Under the pieces are notes generated by a model. The model did no database searches. It was given only the letters and a program-made list of their open reading frames with translations, and was not told where the DNA came from. A program made the translations under genes and the position numbers. DNA of 63,283 bases, the filler included, from Choristocarpus tenellus KU-1152 (Eukaryota > Protista > Phaeophyceae): the NCBI GenBank assembly GCA_964200185.2. It is 10 parts of 10 records of this genome, joined end to end, with 100 filler letters (N's around TTAATTAATTAA, not from the genome) between each part and the next. Parts side by side here need not be neighbours in the genome. Positions count along the whole stretch, not along the records: positions 1 to 11,844 come from CAXNAD020002105.1; positions 11,945 to 15,162 come from CAXNAD020021456.1; 8 more parts are not named here. One strand, 5' to 3'. Below are positions 1 to 13,898 of this stretch, one piece after another (the first letter of the stretch is position 1; every line of letters starts with the position of its first letter).

Positions 1-76
1 CCCATAGCATCGTTTTGAGGTCGTTGGATTTGAGTTGTACATCCTGGAAGGTGAGCATTGAGGGGCGCCTGTAACA
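1..76 (+). mobile_element. 3' end of an LTR of the Gypsy family seen at 13915-14355
   Basis: ttggatttgagttgtacatcctg...gaggggcgcctgtaaca is the reverse complement of 13915-13970. It ends in TGTAACA with no PBS after it, so it is a 3' or solo LTR end. Confidence 0.8.
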
Positions 77-1085
77 TAAATGTAGGACTGAACAACCATG
101 CGTGGTAAATTTTGGCCTCATATTGACAAGTAAATAGTCAAGAAGTACAAATATATAAAATCTAGGGCGCTCCTGCATTGATTGTATGCAGTTCCGCTTC
201 TCATAATCATGGCAGATAAGAGTCGGGCAAGTACGCCAGACAATGTAGTTGACGGGAGGGAATGGCGATGACAACAACAAAGGAACTTGATAGTGAAGTT
301 GAGTGAGATTTGCTCCCAAGAACAAAGGAACATCACATGCTGCTCAGTTCTTTCATACGTGTCGGCAGATGTTTCAAGCTGAGGCCTAATTGCTATGTGG
401 AGAAATGCATCCTCTAGGGGGGACAGACCTCCTCCTCTAATAATAATGAAATCATGAAGATAAACTGCATTTCAGCATTAGTATGCCGTTGAAGAAGCTG
501 ACCAAGACATCACGGCAATGGGGTGATGGGGTGCCCTTCTGTAGAGATGGGGGGGGGGAAAGTGCCCACAAGAGGACACGGTTGGAGGTCACCAGCAAGA
601 ATAAACTGCAATGCCAATTGGAGGCATACCGTGGTATATAACCGGTAGATACAAACATGGTGGAGGGAGCTTGATAATCCCATCGAATGGTGGAAGGCGG
701 CGAAGGAGAGTTTTTGGAGAGTTGAGTAAAGGTCAAAGTAAACGAAAGTTACTGTCAAAGGCGATGTGTCTTAATGTTTGTTCATAAATACCACTATGAC
801 ATCGACGCAAAAATACTAACAGAATGATCCAACCCTTCCTTGCAAGCACGCAATATTTATATCAGCACCACCCCAGTCAAATAGTTACTGTGGCAATGTG
901 TACGTAAATTTCAACTAATGCATGACTGACCTTTTATCCTACCTGCTCTGAATTTAGTTTGTTACACCCACAAAAAAAAATCTCAACATTCTTCCCACAA
1001 CACTTCCCCCCCAAAATGAAGAACATTTGAAGAAGAGCCGAAAAATCCCCTCATTTGAACCATTTATTTAATGGTATCATACTAT

Positions 1086-1493
1086 ATTTTTATTATTATG
1101 CCGTCTAACATTTTGCGGATGTGTCAGGGGAAAAACGAATGAAAACTATTGACATGTCAGAAAAAAACAAAAAAAGTAACAGCTGTGGTAAATGTGAAAG
1201 ACACTAATCTATTTACTTTTTTTGCCACTATTGTATGACACACGGAATATTATATGGGTACGTATTTTTTAACTTGTTGAAGTTAAGGGACATCCAACAT
1301 AACACACACTACAGACGTCATGTTTAGGAACCCACTAAGGCTTGCTTCCATAATGTGTTTAAAAGGGGTGACATTTTTTTTGTAGTATCTGAGTACTGTA
1401 TGAAATGATAAACGAAGTACACATATGTATATAGTTTTCATTGGTTTCCCCCTGACACATCTGCAAAATGTCAGAGGGCATAATAATAAAATA
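1086..1493. mobile_element. Non-autonomous TIR element, family C (hairpin-containing termini)
   Basis: ttattattatgccgtctaacattttgcggatgtgtcagggg...aatgaaaactat (~1090-1150) is inverted relative to atagttttcattggtttccccctgacacatctgcaaaatgtcagagggcataataataa (~1431-1490). The same terminus recurs at ~1750, ~5415, ~24940, ~25070, ~37490-37600, ~46281, ~47330-47425 and ~61820-61925. Confidence 0.7.
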
Positions 1494-1521
1494 AACGAAG
1501 TACTACATGAAATTGCACCCT

Positions 1522-1580
1522 CAGTCAATACAAGTATTGTTAGTCAATACCATTATTGTTAGTCAATACAAGTAGTCAAG
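1522..1580. repeat. 19-bp minisatellite, about 3 copies
   Basis: agtcaatacaagtattgtt / agtcaataccattattgtt / agtcaatacaagt. Confidence 0.75.
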
Positions 1581-2099
1581 AGAACAAGATTTGTGTAAAT
1601 TATCATTTCCTATTAAAACATATCCATAAGAATTGTACACGATTTTCTTTCCTACTAAATCACAAAAAGACATAAAATATATACCATCTGAATAATATAT
1701 ATAAAGATGAGGTACAAACAGATCACCAAATACACGATTGTCTTCTCATTTTATTATTATTCCTTCTGATATTTTGGAGATGTGTCAGGGGGAGAATGTC
1801 TTCTCTGCACACCTAGGTAGGAGGGACAAGTCTTTCATAAATGTTGATAAAAGTGAGAGTTTTATTTAGGAATCATGTGTAGATGGGAACCAACTACGTT
1901 ACATCGACAAGTCGGGATTTGCACATCAGTACATCATTGGTGGTACGATATTTTGCTGGATAGAAATGATTTGTACATCTTCACCACTCTTTCATCCTTC
2001 ACATACAAATATTTGGATTTTTTTCGTACTGATTTGTAGAATATAAACGAGTTAAGTTATTATTTGTCCAACGTGTAGAAGATTTAGGGAGGAGACGGA

Positions 2100-3900
2100 G
2101 GAACGTCAAGCGGTGGGCTGGCTGAATTCAAGACACGAGAAGCAAGGAAGGCGTGGATGGAGGCAGTGCAAGTAGTTGTAGTCTAACAAGGTTAGTTACG
2201 GTGTTAGTATGAGATAGTGCAATGTGTAGTGGCTCGGACTGTGTAACCTGAGATGTTTCCCCAACTAAAAGTGACCCATTTAAATACACAATATTTAATT
2301 CGTAGTGATAATGATGTAAATGTGAAGATAAATATGAGAATGCTGAATATGGTGATGATTGTGGTAGTTCGGATCCCTCAGGTCCCATCACCATTGTTTT
2401 GGTTGTGTCAGAAAGTCCAATGAAGGAAACTTCTTACTTGCCTGCATGCGTCCACGCAAAACCTTGAGTAACACACTTGTATTTTCCTTTTCGATAGGCA
2501 AGAATCAGTATAGTTCGCGAAAGAAGCTTTTGTTGGGACGATAGCCTGCAAATTCGGTTCCTTCACAGGATAAGAGGGACGTTATCGCATAACAATAAGT
2601 TCAAACAGAGTCACAAACAGTAACAAACTACTAATCAGTCTTGGTTACTGAGGGTACTGAGTGCAAGCCAAGCCAAATATCTCTGATGGGTACTCACCTG
2701 CCTATGGTGTAGGTGCTGGTGCAAGCAAAGCCAAGGGCCTCAAATGTTTCAGGGCACCAATTGTTGCTCTTCTAACCTTTTACATTTGAATAGATCACAT
2801 AGCTCACGGATATGCAGTTTAGATCACGACAACCAGAGTGTCTTCGACTTTTCAGGACTACTACATTTATTCTGTCTCACCTTGGTCTAGACATAAACGA
2901 GGGTTCCTCTCGCCCAAATGATAAGCTGGGAGTTGTGAGATTACATGAGCTTTCTTTTATTTGGAATAAGCACATCTTCAAGAATTTAATCATTAACACC
3001 ATTCAGAACAGGTATTTGGTGAGTATACGTAACAATCAGTCTCGGATGGTACCCGGCTAATGTACTCTAAAGCACTATCAATCTAGCAAGTATGACATAT
3101 GGTTATGTCGCTATCAAGTAAGTTGCACTTGTCCCTCGATGACAGCATCTGCAAGATGCCTATGGACATACTGATGAAAAATGTGTACACTCGCTAAAAA
3201 AAACTGCCCAAATATTGGAAGGGTGAAGTCTTTTTGTAAACAGAGGTGTGTGTCAGTATGTCTTAGGAGGTTGTGTTCGCCTATGAGGTTATATCAAAAG
3301 CTAGTTATATGGAAAGACTCTCCATTTTGACTCGGATTGGAGTTGTGAAGGATTGCTGGAAAGGAAATTTCCAACAGGGTCTACTCTTCACCAGGAACCA
3401 CATGGTGACCACTCCTAACCCTGATTTGTCCCGTGTTAGGTATAATTTTAGTGAGAGTACACACTGCCATGGTTGTTCTGAATGGTGTAAAGTACGATAA
3501 ACATGCTTAGGTACACACATGTAGTACAAGCAGGGTTGAAACTTTTTGTTGATACTCCAAACATTGGATGGAATTTCACATAGAACAATGTAACCTGATT
3601 CTGCACATGCAGTCAAATAGTGAGTTTTTGCTCAGGTTCCCGCGACCTATTTTTCTACTCGTGTACTCTGGTCAGCATGTTGTATATCTTGACCAGGAGG
3701 AGCGAATCACTTGCAGTTTATTCGAGCCATAGTAGGTAGGACCGCATGGTTGACTCGAGAAACACTTGTGTCATACTTGCATGTAGTTGATGTAGGAGGG
3801 GGGTGAATTCTACCACCAGTCATCTGTCCAATACTACATCGACATACGTACACCTATAGAAATCAAGTGCGCATGGTTAGTGCTTGGGTAGAAAAGCATG
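2100..3900 (-). mobile_element. Highly degraded Ty1/Copia RT-RNase H remnant
   Basis: Minus-strand fragments CTYVDVV (~3830-3850, like RT YVDD) and LLLCDN (~2580-2600, like Copia RNase H LxCDN) lie in the expected order, with many stops and frameshifts. Confidence 0.4.
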
Positions 3901-4047
3901 TACTTACAGTAGATGTTGTTTGCAGATTGTTGTACACTCATGGTTGTGTGTTGCGTGGAATATTGTGTAATGAATGGATCATACCTTATGCTCTGGGCAA
4001 ATGATAAAAAAAAATTCCTTCCAAATTCTACAATAATTCCAACGATG

Positions 4048-4309
4048 AGGTAAAAGTATCTTAGAGGGTACGAGTTTGCCCTGTTTGTCCATTTGGGGTT
4101 GGCTTCCCATGGGTTCTTTTATGACATTTTTCTACTCCAAAATGGTTCAGAGTAGGTAAAATGTGTACATTACGAAAAGGTGTGTCTGGAACAAGGATAT
4201 TGACACTTCCTAACAAACACAATAGCCAAAATAACATCANNNNNNNNNNGCAACATTGGATTTTGGTCTCCAAATGGACACGGCTCTACCCTCCAAGATA
4301 CTTTGGCTC
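4048..4309 (-). mobile_element. MITE family A copy (~260 bp)
   Basis: TIR core aaagtatcttagagggta...taccctccaagatacttt, flanked by ATG/ATG. Contains a 10-N gap. Confidence 0.9.
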
Positions 4310-5883
4310 ATGATTGTATTCTATCCAGAGTATTTTACTTCTAAGTGATACTGATAATCATATAAATAATATCCAAACCTTGTGGAGACAAATGAGTTGT
4401 GGCCGTGGCTTGTCATTGGGGAAATTTTGCAAATAGGCAATTGTGCAGCTGAGCAACTGGATTCTGAAGTCGCTCTGGGCGCTCTATGTGCTGTACATAC
4501 CCGTCATAGGAATGGCAACACCCTTTGATTTGAGAATCGCCTCTTTTTGTACACGCAACAGAAATGTTTCATTATACAACAGACCAAGCGTATTCTAGCT
4601 TAACAGTTAAGTCCCCAACGTTATATGTGATCTATGATGTCATCAGCACCAGGAGTACCTCAGCTTTAGAGATGAGTTGGTGGGGAAGCGTTGGAGAATG
4701 GGTCATTAATTCTACATACTTTCCTGTAAGTTCTGTTGATGCTGTGATCCACCTGGATGCATGACGTATTCCAAGAAGTGCCCAGTAGTACTCTTTGTTT
4801 TTCGGAGAAAGGAAAGAAAAGAAGTGAGTTTAAAGGAAACTAACTTTCGTCCCCTCTTCGATTCAACTGCCATGAGTATAATTTACTTAATTTTAAAAAA
4901 TACTATTATCAATATTTTGCACTATCAATTATCTACACTTTAGTTGTACCAGGAAGAAATGATGCCAAGCTAATTCTTGCAGTTACAATTTTTGAGTGAG
5001 AAGAAGGAATGTACTAAAGTGGCAACACTAACAAGTTCTACCTGTTGAGCTGCAACAAAAGTTTTAGCCAACCCAAGATGTCACCAAAATGAATAGTTAT
5101 TTTTATTGGAGGAACTGGTTCTCCCAACGGAGTCATCCAAACAATCAGTGGTTTGGAACCTACCTCCGCTCTAACTAGCCCTGACTCGTTGAGATGCAAT
5201 AATATACTATGTAGTCGTGTGATTATACACATTATAGTATTTGTCCTTGTGAAGCCGTGACACCACCTGCTCTTCTTTTTCTCATTGGTGTGACTACTCA
5301 TTCCCCTGTGTTTGGTTTTGGGTGACCTTCCAAAATTTCATATTCATTTTGAGTAGTAAATTCTCTCTCTTAAAACGTGAAAAATGATAATACCTCTGCA
5401 GATCGTATTTTCACTTATTATATCCTGCTGACATTTTGGAGATGTTGATATTGGGGGATGGAGTATGGAACGAATATATAAATACAAATGTTGTCAGCAT
5501 AATATACTACGTAGTATTTGTTACCAAGGTGTCGATGCTAGGTGGGTACTGTAACAGATATGCAAGATAAGTCATGTTGATTTTGTTGAAAGGTGCATTC
5601 TTCTCAATTTTAATAATGCATCAGATATAATTTTGAAATATGATCAAAGTCCTCTTGTATAATTCACGAATAATGTCAATGCATGTACGATTTTCTCAAG
5701 TGTAATTTCCAAGCAATGTCAACACGTACGAGTTTTCTTTTTGATTCAAACGATTCACATCAAAACACCCCTTTACTCATAGAACAACGAGAAAAATAAT
5801 CTTCGACTAGTGTATAGAATATTGGTGGAAGAGTAGAAGAATGGATGTAGCAAACTTACATCTGCAATATGATATTTTTTTCA

Positions 5884-6148
5884 GAGTCCAAGTGTCTTAG
5901 AGCGTAGAGCCGTGTCCGTTTGAGGGCCGAAATCCAATGTTGCGATTTTTATGTAATTTTGGAGTGGATATCGTGTTTGTTAGGAAGTGTCAATATCCTT
6001 GTTCCCGACACACCTTTTCATAACGTGTACATTTTACCTACTCCGAAACCGTTTCGGACTAGGTAAAATGTAATATAAAACCTGTGGGAAGCCAAGACCT
6101 AAACGGACAAACAGGGCAAAACTCGTACCCTCTAAGATACTTTCACTC
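5884..6148 (+). mobile_element. MITE family A copy
   Basis: gagtccaagtgtcttagagcgta...taccctctaagatactttcactc; 3-bp TSD TCA/TCA. Confidence 0.9.
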
Positions 6149-8066
6149 TCATGAACTTTTGTAAAGTTGCCTACATAAAGTTGTGCCCAGTCATGTACCT
6201 TTTTTTTAATCAAAATTGTTCTTTAGATTAATGTGGGAAAAATACTTATTTAGGAAAATATCAGTTGAATAACGGAATAATTTATTGTATCTCTCTGTTG
6301 AGTGATCAAGAGAACATTATCCGGGTTCTTACAGTACCACAAGAAGTATCCTGGAAAAGGAATGTTGTATCAAGAAACACAGATTGAGTGATGAGTTATT
6401 AGTGATCATGGATGAGTGAAAGGTCTATCACCCCCCCGCTCCCCCGGATGGTGTTTCTCACTCCAACGTTTTACCTACTACAACATAACTGAGGAGGAAC
6501 TCATCTACATGTTTCAATATCAAGACTTGAGATCCTACACATTCCTTAATACCTATTTAGATTTATTCTCCATACATAAAGCAAGGAGCTATTGCCTACA
6601 AGTGTTTGATAACCCAGGATACTACATGACATAAAAATAACAACCATATCATTGCTACACAACCAAGAGTAGTTTGTGTCTCGAATCTGGTCAAAGCCTA
6701 AACCTGAAATGTGCAGGATGCCAAGTATTGATGTGGAGGACCTCAGCACCTTCTCTCAATTCCATCCCCTGTATGTGTATTATGACAAGGTACATTAATG
6801 TGATTAGGACACAAGCAAAACTCGCCCTTTTTTAGATGATAAGTAAACATTGTGAATAATAGTGAAATATAAACTGAAAAGTAACAATAAAGATGGAAGA
6901 TCACATTGATTGGTCAGGGAACAAAACCACCTTGTACTTGAACGGTACAAAACCGAATTCTATAGGACATACCACTGTCGGAAGTTGGGAATTATGTACT
7001 GAACTCAATGCAACTATTTCTCAAGGCATAACCATACGTATGGCATGATGATTGTGTCCTCTAGGGTACAACTAAGACGGCGACTCTCCAGGAGGCCAAA
7101 CTAGTGTTCAAGATTCAAGCATGTACTCTAGAGTAGCTCTTACGGAGTGAGCCACAGAAGGGCAAACGAACAAATACAAGAAGGTAAAACTGCAGCTTGC
7201 AAGAATGCATCATTGCCTTGAAATCTACAGGTCTGCCTTCACATGGTAACAGTGAGCAAATAAGAGTAGGTAGATATCACGTCAGCTCAGAGCAATGGCA
7301 GCAGGAGTATCACTGGCACTCATACTCGTTCAACTGCAAGGAGCTGGGTGTCTGGAAATGCTCTGTTATTCACCTGGAGATAACTCCAGCAGCACCAAGG
7401 ACTTAATCTCCCAGCAGCATTCTATCATAAAAAAAACTATTGTTGATAGTATACCATGCATACAAGGAGGCAAACCTACTGACACACATTCCCCAAAGGC
7501 TCATATATTTCCACAGGTCCAGAATCTTCTCTGTCACACGTTAGGTCATATGGAAATATTGGACAATTATTTCTCCAGGTCTCATTCTTTCAGTGTTAAC
7601 ACCAAACACCAGGATCCCATGTAGACAACATTGCACACAAGTTGAACACATACTTAAGGTAGAAGGACAAAGCCAAATCACAAGGGTTAGGCACACACAC
7701 AAGAACACCCCTGAGCAAGGTCTACCATCCATGTCTTGCCAACCCTCGCACTTGTCTATGTCATGGAAGGTTTGGAGTCCTGAAGGGGTATCCAGTATTG
7801 AACGTCTCTTTTCACAATTCTAGAGCTCTACGATTTTATAGTAGAGTAACTTGAGCACCAACTCATTCTTGTTCTTCATGAAAATGGCGCAAATGAATCC
7901 AACCTCTGTTTCTTCGCTCTAACATTGCACAACAAATCTTTTTAGGGTGTCAAGATCTCCTTCAATATGTGGGGCACCTTGCACTTTTCCCATCCTGAAA
8001 AATAAACAAAAATAGGCAAGTGTGTCATTTTTACTTCTGGGGCGGCTCCAGGTGTATGCCAGAATG

Positions 8067-10112
8067 TTACTTGCGCTCTGACTGTGCTTTGGCATGTACT
8101 CTGGCAAACACTGTCGGTGAAGCTGTGGGTGAACCAGTTGGTGACGCACTAGGGGCGTTTGACACTCCACTATCATCATTGCTATGATCATCATCGTCAT
8201 GACCATCATTATCACTGTAATCACTATCATCATCATCATCATCGCTATGTTCGTTATCACTACGATCACTATCATCACTGTCATCACCATTACCATCATC
8301 ATCACTACTTTTGTCTTGGTGGCAAGATATGGTGAGGAATGCCTCCGACATACTGCTTTCAGACTTTGATACCTTGATCCAGGAGTTTGCTGATATATAA
8401 ATGGGGTGCCTAGCAGGGTCAACTGTGATGAACATATATCCCTGTGAACTGAGAGTGTCCCGGAGGCTCCACACATGGCGACTACAAGCAATAGTCCCGA
8501 CTTCTTCTTCCTCTGTTTCGATTTCAGTTCCATCTCCATAGATTAGGAACCCAGAAGTAGAATGACTAGCCACAATGTCCATATTCGCTCCTCCAAATTC
8601 TGCTGAGTAGTCCACACCATTACACATATCGACTGTGAGGGCAGCAAGGGTGTATTTTTGGAGGATACCATTAGCTTTGCTTGTTGCCTGAAACACTAAC
8701 TCTCCACCACGGATACCGGCCAGGACAAACCTTCCACTAAGGCTGTCAGCGCCTGAGACACGGACTACTGGGCAGTGTCCTGGTTCCACAGGCTGTAGGT
8801 TATCACTGAAACTTATTGATGCTGAGCAAGAAGAGGTCGCACTCTCAGAACAGGTAAGCTCTTCAGATTCACACGAGAGCTCATGATAACACAATACGGC
8901 ATAGCTGTCAGCAATGTGGTTCACTGCTTTTACAAAGTTATCTGGACAAGAGGAGTCCCACCCCATAGTTGTTGCACAACACAGTAATGCCTGGCAATCA
9001 TGGCCACACATGTCCTGAGAACATTTCCCCTCTATGTCATTAATGCAATCATCGCAAGTGGCCTCGCAGGGCTTGCAGCCTGGGTATTCCAGGGGATCCT
9101 GGTGAGTCAAAACGTTAAACCACGAAAATATTGTGGTCCAACCAAAAGAATTAGCTCTTGTCTGAGTTAACAGTTGCTGCAAAAGGGTAAGTTATGGTTT
9201 CATGCTACTTCTTGTTTGGACGCAGTATTTTCTCTGTATAGATACGTTCTTGAAGTTTCTAGTGTAGGTGACAACTATTTTCCATGTTTAAGTAGTAGGT
9301 AGCTCAAGTTAGATATCACATAAAGTATATTGGCATCTAGAAGGTTTGAACAGTGTATTTGGGCGATCAGCAGGCATGGGAGGGGCCCTGACTAAATTGA
9401 CTGATGATCATCGTCTCCTGGATGTATAGCATTTCTTTGTGTGTTGTTGACTGACTTTTTTAGGTGATCAAATCATATTAGAACAATTTATTTGAAGATC
9501 CTCCCATCCACGCACATGCCATCTGTCCGGGTACCTTATCTATGGGATACATACCTTGCAGCATGCTCGGCAAACACGCCCACCCGGCATGTTCATGTAG
9601 TTGCAGAAGAAATAGCCATAATCAGGATCCCCTCCGCTCATGCAAGAGGTATCGCACACTAAAGACTTCTCTCGTTGGGCAAGAAGGCGATTCTGGATCG
9701 TGCTCAAGTTTTCATTGGAACACACCGTGCAGTTGTAGTCAAGACTCAAGTCTCTGCCAACTCCAGAGTGGGAGTCACTAGCACTGGAAATACTGGAACA
9801 TTCCACACAATCGATTCCGTGCGTTTCCTCACACTTATCCACACAAAAGGAACACCCAGCTACACCATAGGTAGAGCACCATTTTCCTTCACTTGGTTCA
9901 GGGCAGCACCTAGCCTGATCGAAGACTATCCGTTTTCCATTCTGTGCGTCGACCAAGGACGGTTGTGGGCAGCAACCTTTGCCTTCGGTAATGTCATGGA
10001 GTTGGGAACCATCAGGTAATACGCCCATACTACCACAGCAATCGCCCTGCGCTTGGGTGCTCGAGAGCAGGATGAACAATATGATAAGCCCATTCCAACC
10101 AGTCCCTTGCAT
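8067..10112 (-). CDS. Secreted cysteine-rich protein with an Asp/Ser/His-rich tract and SPT repeats (2 exons)
   Basis: Exon 1 is 10112-9555 (signal-peptide-like MQGTGWNGLIILFILLSSTQA; about 20 Cys; donor AAG|gtatgt; alternative ATG at 10157). Exon 2 is 9176-8067 (acceptor ccttttgcag|CAA) and joins in frame as RACCK/QLLTQ. It ends with DDDGNGDDSDD... and SASPTGSPTASPT. Further 3' exons are possible. Confidence 0.75.
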
Positions 10113-11844
10113 TTGCTCGGTACGTCCAATCCTGATCAGTCCAGCCGGTCGAGGCATACACGTCCGAGTAGTGTCAAATTCTCTTAGAGACGGTGCACAG
10201 ACAAAGCAACTACTTTGTGATTAAGACCGTATGATCACAACACCTTGGTGAATGAATAACTATAGTAGTAGGTAGGGTTCTAGTAGAGGTGAACAGGAGC
10301 AATGCGTATGTTGTATCAAAACGTCAGACACGCACTCGAGCGAAACGGAGCTACGAACAGGCACGTGTTGTGCAACCTGCAAAATGGAGTAGATTCCTAC
10401 AATAGATTCTATAAACAACCCAGAAATCGTCTAACAAAGAAAAAACTCAGGCTATTGGTTGCTTTGGTGTTACGAAAGTAACGACTAAGGAGAAATGTAA
10501 GACAGCATTTGTCGATATGTGTACGTAGATGAAGGCAAACTACCATCTTGGATTGATTGCTTTTATGATCGCAACAAGATATATATTTGTAATGCGCAGG
10601 GCCTGACGACAAAACATGAGTCTGAATTTCGCGTCTATTTTGATAGGAGTACCACCATATGGGCATTGACATTTATTTGGATATTTGGTTTTTGGCTGAG
10701 TGGCCTCTTACTAATGGTGCAAGCAGAAGGTAATGTGTGATACAAGGACACATGGAGAGTGGCCATCTTCACGTTTCTAGATAGTTCTTGGGAACTGTCA
10801 ATCGACCTATCAATCCTAAACCCTGGACAGTGTCTTCTTGCTAATATCGTATCGATCCCACGGCAAGGTCGGGGGTGGTTTTGATGTACCATGCGACATG
10901 CGGAGGGCAGGCACGAGGCTACCCCTAACACTTGGTGCTTCTCAAAGGAAGTTCTCAACAACGGCCAGCCCAATCAACCCCTGCCTTGGATGGTGGGTTA
11001 TCAACATTCTGTTAACTTTATCACAACTCTGCGAACCTTGGGGGTAGGTCGTCTGGAGTTCAAGGCCTCGTTCCTCCTATGATTATCGTATTTAGTATTA
11101 TTCTATAGGTAAAGATAAGCTTTTCTGCCCATGGGGAAGGACTAACCTTGCAGTCATTTTCCATTTTCATTTACAAAATATATCATTCGTGGTGCTACAT
11201 GAATATCTTGCCTGGTCTAGTCGTCTACATCTCTCTTACTCTGAACACATGCCTACGTCCAAAGCATTATTCTTTTAGCTGCGCATTGTAAATGCCTCCT
11301 TAAGTTTGTAATCAACACATCCAGTCATGGGTTGGTATAATTAAAAAGATGTTCGTTTTGCATGGTTGTGTATCGCAAAGTTTGCCAAATTTGTGTTCGA
11401 TCTCCCTGTAGCCGAAGTCTTGATATCCAAGTCAGTCTTGGTTGGGCACCCTCATTGCCTTGTGAGTACTTGCAAGGGGTGAAGCATATTGTGATTTTAG
11501 ACTATAGACTGTACTTGTATACAATCCTCTATGTGTGCAATATCATTATACTACCTCTGTGCCAAAATTTGTGTTTCGAAACATCTTGGCTTGCCAATCG
11601 AGAATGGCACCGAATCAGACGATAACCCCACAGAAGAAATCGGGTTGACATCTCAGCTTTCAGAAAAGGTGGGGGTCGAGGATCATCAGGTACAAACTCG
11701 AGGTACTTCAAGCTATCAAAGTAGTTTTTTTTGGGGTGATTTTGAGACCAGAACCGGGCAGGTCAAGGTTCAGAACGTCAGCATGGCAACCCCCCCCCCG
11801 TCGACCCCCCAGCATAGGAAAGGTGCCCAAGTGTCTCTGAATAC

Positions 11845-11944
11845 NNNNNNNNNNNNNNNNNNNNNNNNNNNNNNNNNNNNNNNNNNNNTTAATTAATTAA
11901 NNNNNNNNNNNNNNNNNNNNNNNNNNNNNNNNNNNNNNNNNNNN
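11845..11944. other. Artificial contig linker; others at 15163-15262, 19314-19413, 31503-31602, 34471-34570, 40129-40228, 42893-42992, 54932-55031, 60039-60138
   Basis: Identical N-run + TTAATTAATTAA (stops in all six frames) + N-run, nine times. Confidence 0.97.
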
Positions 11945-13483
11945 GTGTCATTGATGCTTGCCACTCTCCTAGGGCTGACAGGGGTGCATTGTTATCATGA
12001 GATCGGGGTGTCACAGCTCGAACAAAAGGTATCCATGGTGAGTTTGGAGCTGGTCGAAAGCCTTCCCCCTCTCTAAATGACAGTATGCTCTTGTTCTGCC
12101 TACAGAATGCTGCTCCTAGAACCATCCCGTAAGGTAAGCCTTCCACTACTCTAAATGTCACATTGCGGACTCTATCCTCTGGGGGAAACAATATTGGCAG
12201 AATGCAGGATCCTTGTACCTGCATAGGTGGAATACTGCATCCTTTCGGATTTGCCGCATGCAACGTACCTTCACCTTTTTGGTTAAGGTGCAGCAGGCTG
12301 GTGCTACCTCCCCAGAGAGTAGTACGCTGCAGCTTTCCACCATTCCCCTCTCTCGGTCCTTAAAGAACTCCTTGCGTTCTTTATGGCATACTTCGACTGA
12401 CTATACGATAGAGTGCATTCTCTCACCAGGATACAAACCCACTCAGTCACTGTCATGTCTTCCCGAGGAACCCAAAGGAGTTGTCCGGTGACGCTCAGGA
12501 CTTCCACTGTAGATGAGTTGCTTAGAAGATCGCTGTGAGTCCTAAGAGATTCAGACAGCAGTTGCTCAAGAAGTTTGATGCGGAAAGGGGTAAGGACATC
12601 ACTACGTGGACATGATGTATTACGATAGTGGACACGATCTTTGGGTAAGGCCCACGATCCTCCTTGTACCCTCCCTAAAGCCTTGGTAAGAGCATCAGCG
12701 AAAAAGACGGGATTGTTTGACATGGTTGGGGCGGAGTTATCTGCAGGTACTCCAAGAAAGACGGGGCCGTTGGCTGGATCCCCGAGTTTCTTATGAATGC
12801 GTGCCATGGTTTTAACACAATCTTGATGATAACGCATGTCGAGGTTGCAAGAGGCTCTGTCTCGCTGCTGCCTATCGGACTGTGACTCATTCGACTCAGC
12901 TCGTGTACGCAACTCATGAATTTCTCTTCGCAACTCTACCTCAAACTCTCTGGACTGATTTACCGTATTCAAGCTATTCCTTCGAGATGGTCTGGGTGAT
13001 ACAGATCTGTGTGAAGAATAATAATCACCTGTCCAATGGTGACGATGCGATGAACGGGTGTGGCCTCTGCATTCTTCTCTGGTCCTCCGTCCGTGTCGAT
13101 GAGAGCGCCTTTCCCGGGATCTCGACCTGGAGTGAGATCTGCCACGAGTGGAAGACTGAAAACGAACGTGCTCTCTGCGCCTGCCTCGACGTTCAGCAGC
13201 GTGGACATGGCTATGACCAGAATTGCCTCGAGTTGTGATACTGGGCTGGAATCTCTCGGAATCATCGATTCGTTGGAGAATCTGTAGGTCGGAGGCGACC
13301 TCAACTTCTTGCAAATACTGTGAGCCAGACATGTCTGCGAACCTGGGAGATAAAAGGCCACATGGTAACCAAAAGAGAAAAGAAATGTGTGAGTAAAGGA
13401 ACGCAGAAAAATCGACTACCTAGGCAATGTCTTGACTATTGTAGGGCGATTCCCTCAGAGCCACAGAAGCCCTCACACCCATG

Positions 13484-13743
13484 GAACCAAAGAATCTTAG
13501 AGGGTAGAGCCGCGTTCATTTAGGGGCCAAAATCCAATGTTGCGATTTTGATGTAATTTTAGTTATCCTGTTTGTTAGGAAGCATCAATATCCTTGTTCC
13601 GGACACACCTTTTCACGACGTATACATTTTACCTACTCCGAAAGATTTTGGAGTAGGAAAATGTCATAAAGATACCCCATGGGAAGCCTAGCCCCAAATG
13701 GACAAACAGGGCAAATCTCCTACCCTCTAAGATACTTTTACTC
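13484..13743 (+). mobile_element. MITE family A copy inserted in the Gypsy 5' UTR
   Basis: gaaccaaagaatcttagagggta...taccctctaagatacttttactc; TSD ATG/ATG. Confidence 0.92.
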
Positions 13744-13898
13744 ATGAAGACGACGAGCCCTAGGAGGGAATCCCGTGGACAACAAATGAAGACCACAATC
13801 CCAAGTAGGAAAAGAAGAGAATCCAGGCGGGTGTAGGAAGCTACAAAGAACCCTAAGTGTTGAGGTGAATACTGAGTATTCTCTCCAGTTTGAAGAGA

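Noticed and set aside
7919-8539. 206-aa ORF with an M/V/I-rich hydrophobic tract (and the antisense 8184-8369 poly-Ile/Thr ORF)
   Set aside because: These are shadow frames of the GAT/GAC-rich Asp tract of the 8067-9176 exon.
10500-11080. Possible DIRS/RT remnant (YVDE, LGWW)
   Set aside because: The motifs are too short and degenerate to support a call without a search.
11845-11944. Recurring TTAATTAATTAA motif within N runs as a biological repeat or piggyBac target
   Set aside because: It is an identical 100-bp construct with six-frame stops, i.e. an artificial concatenation linker. ORFs ending in X...LIN or X...N are artefacts.
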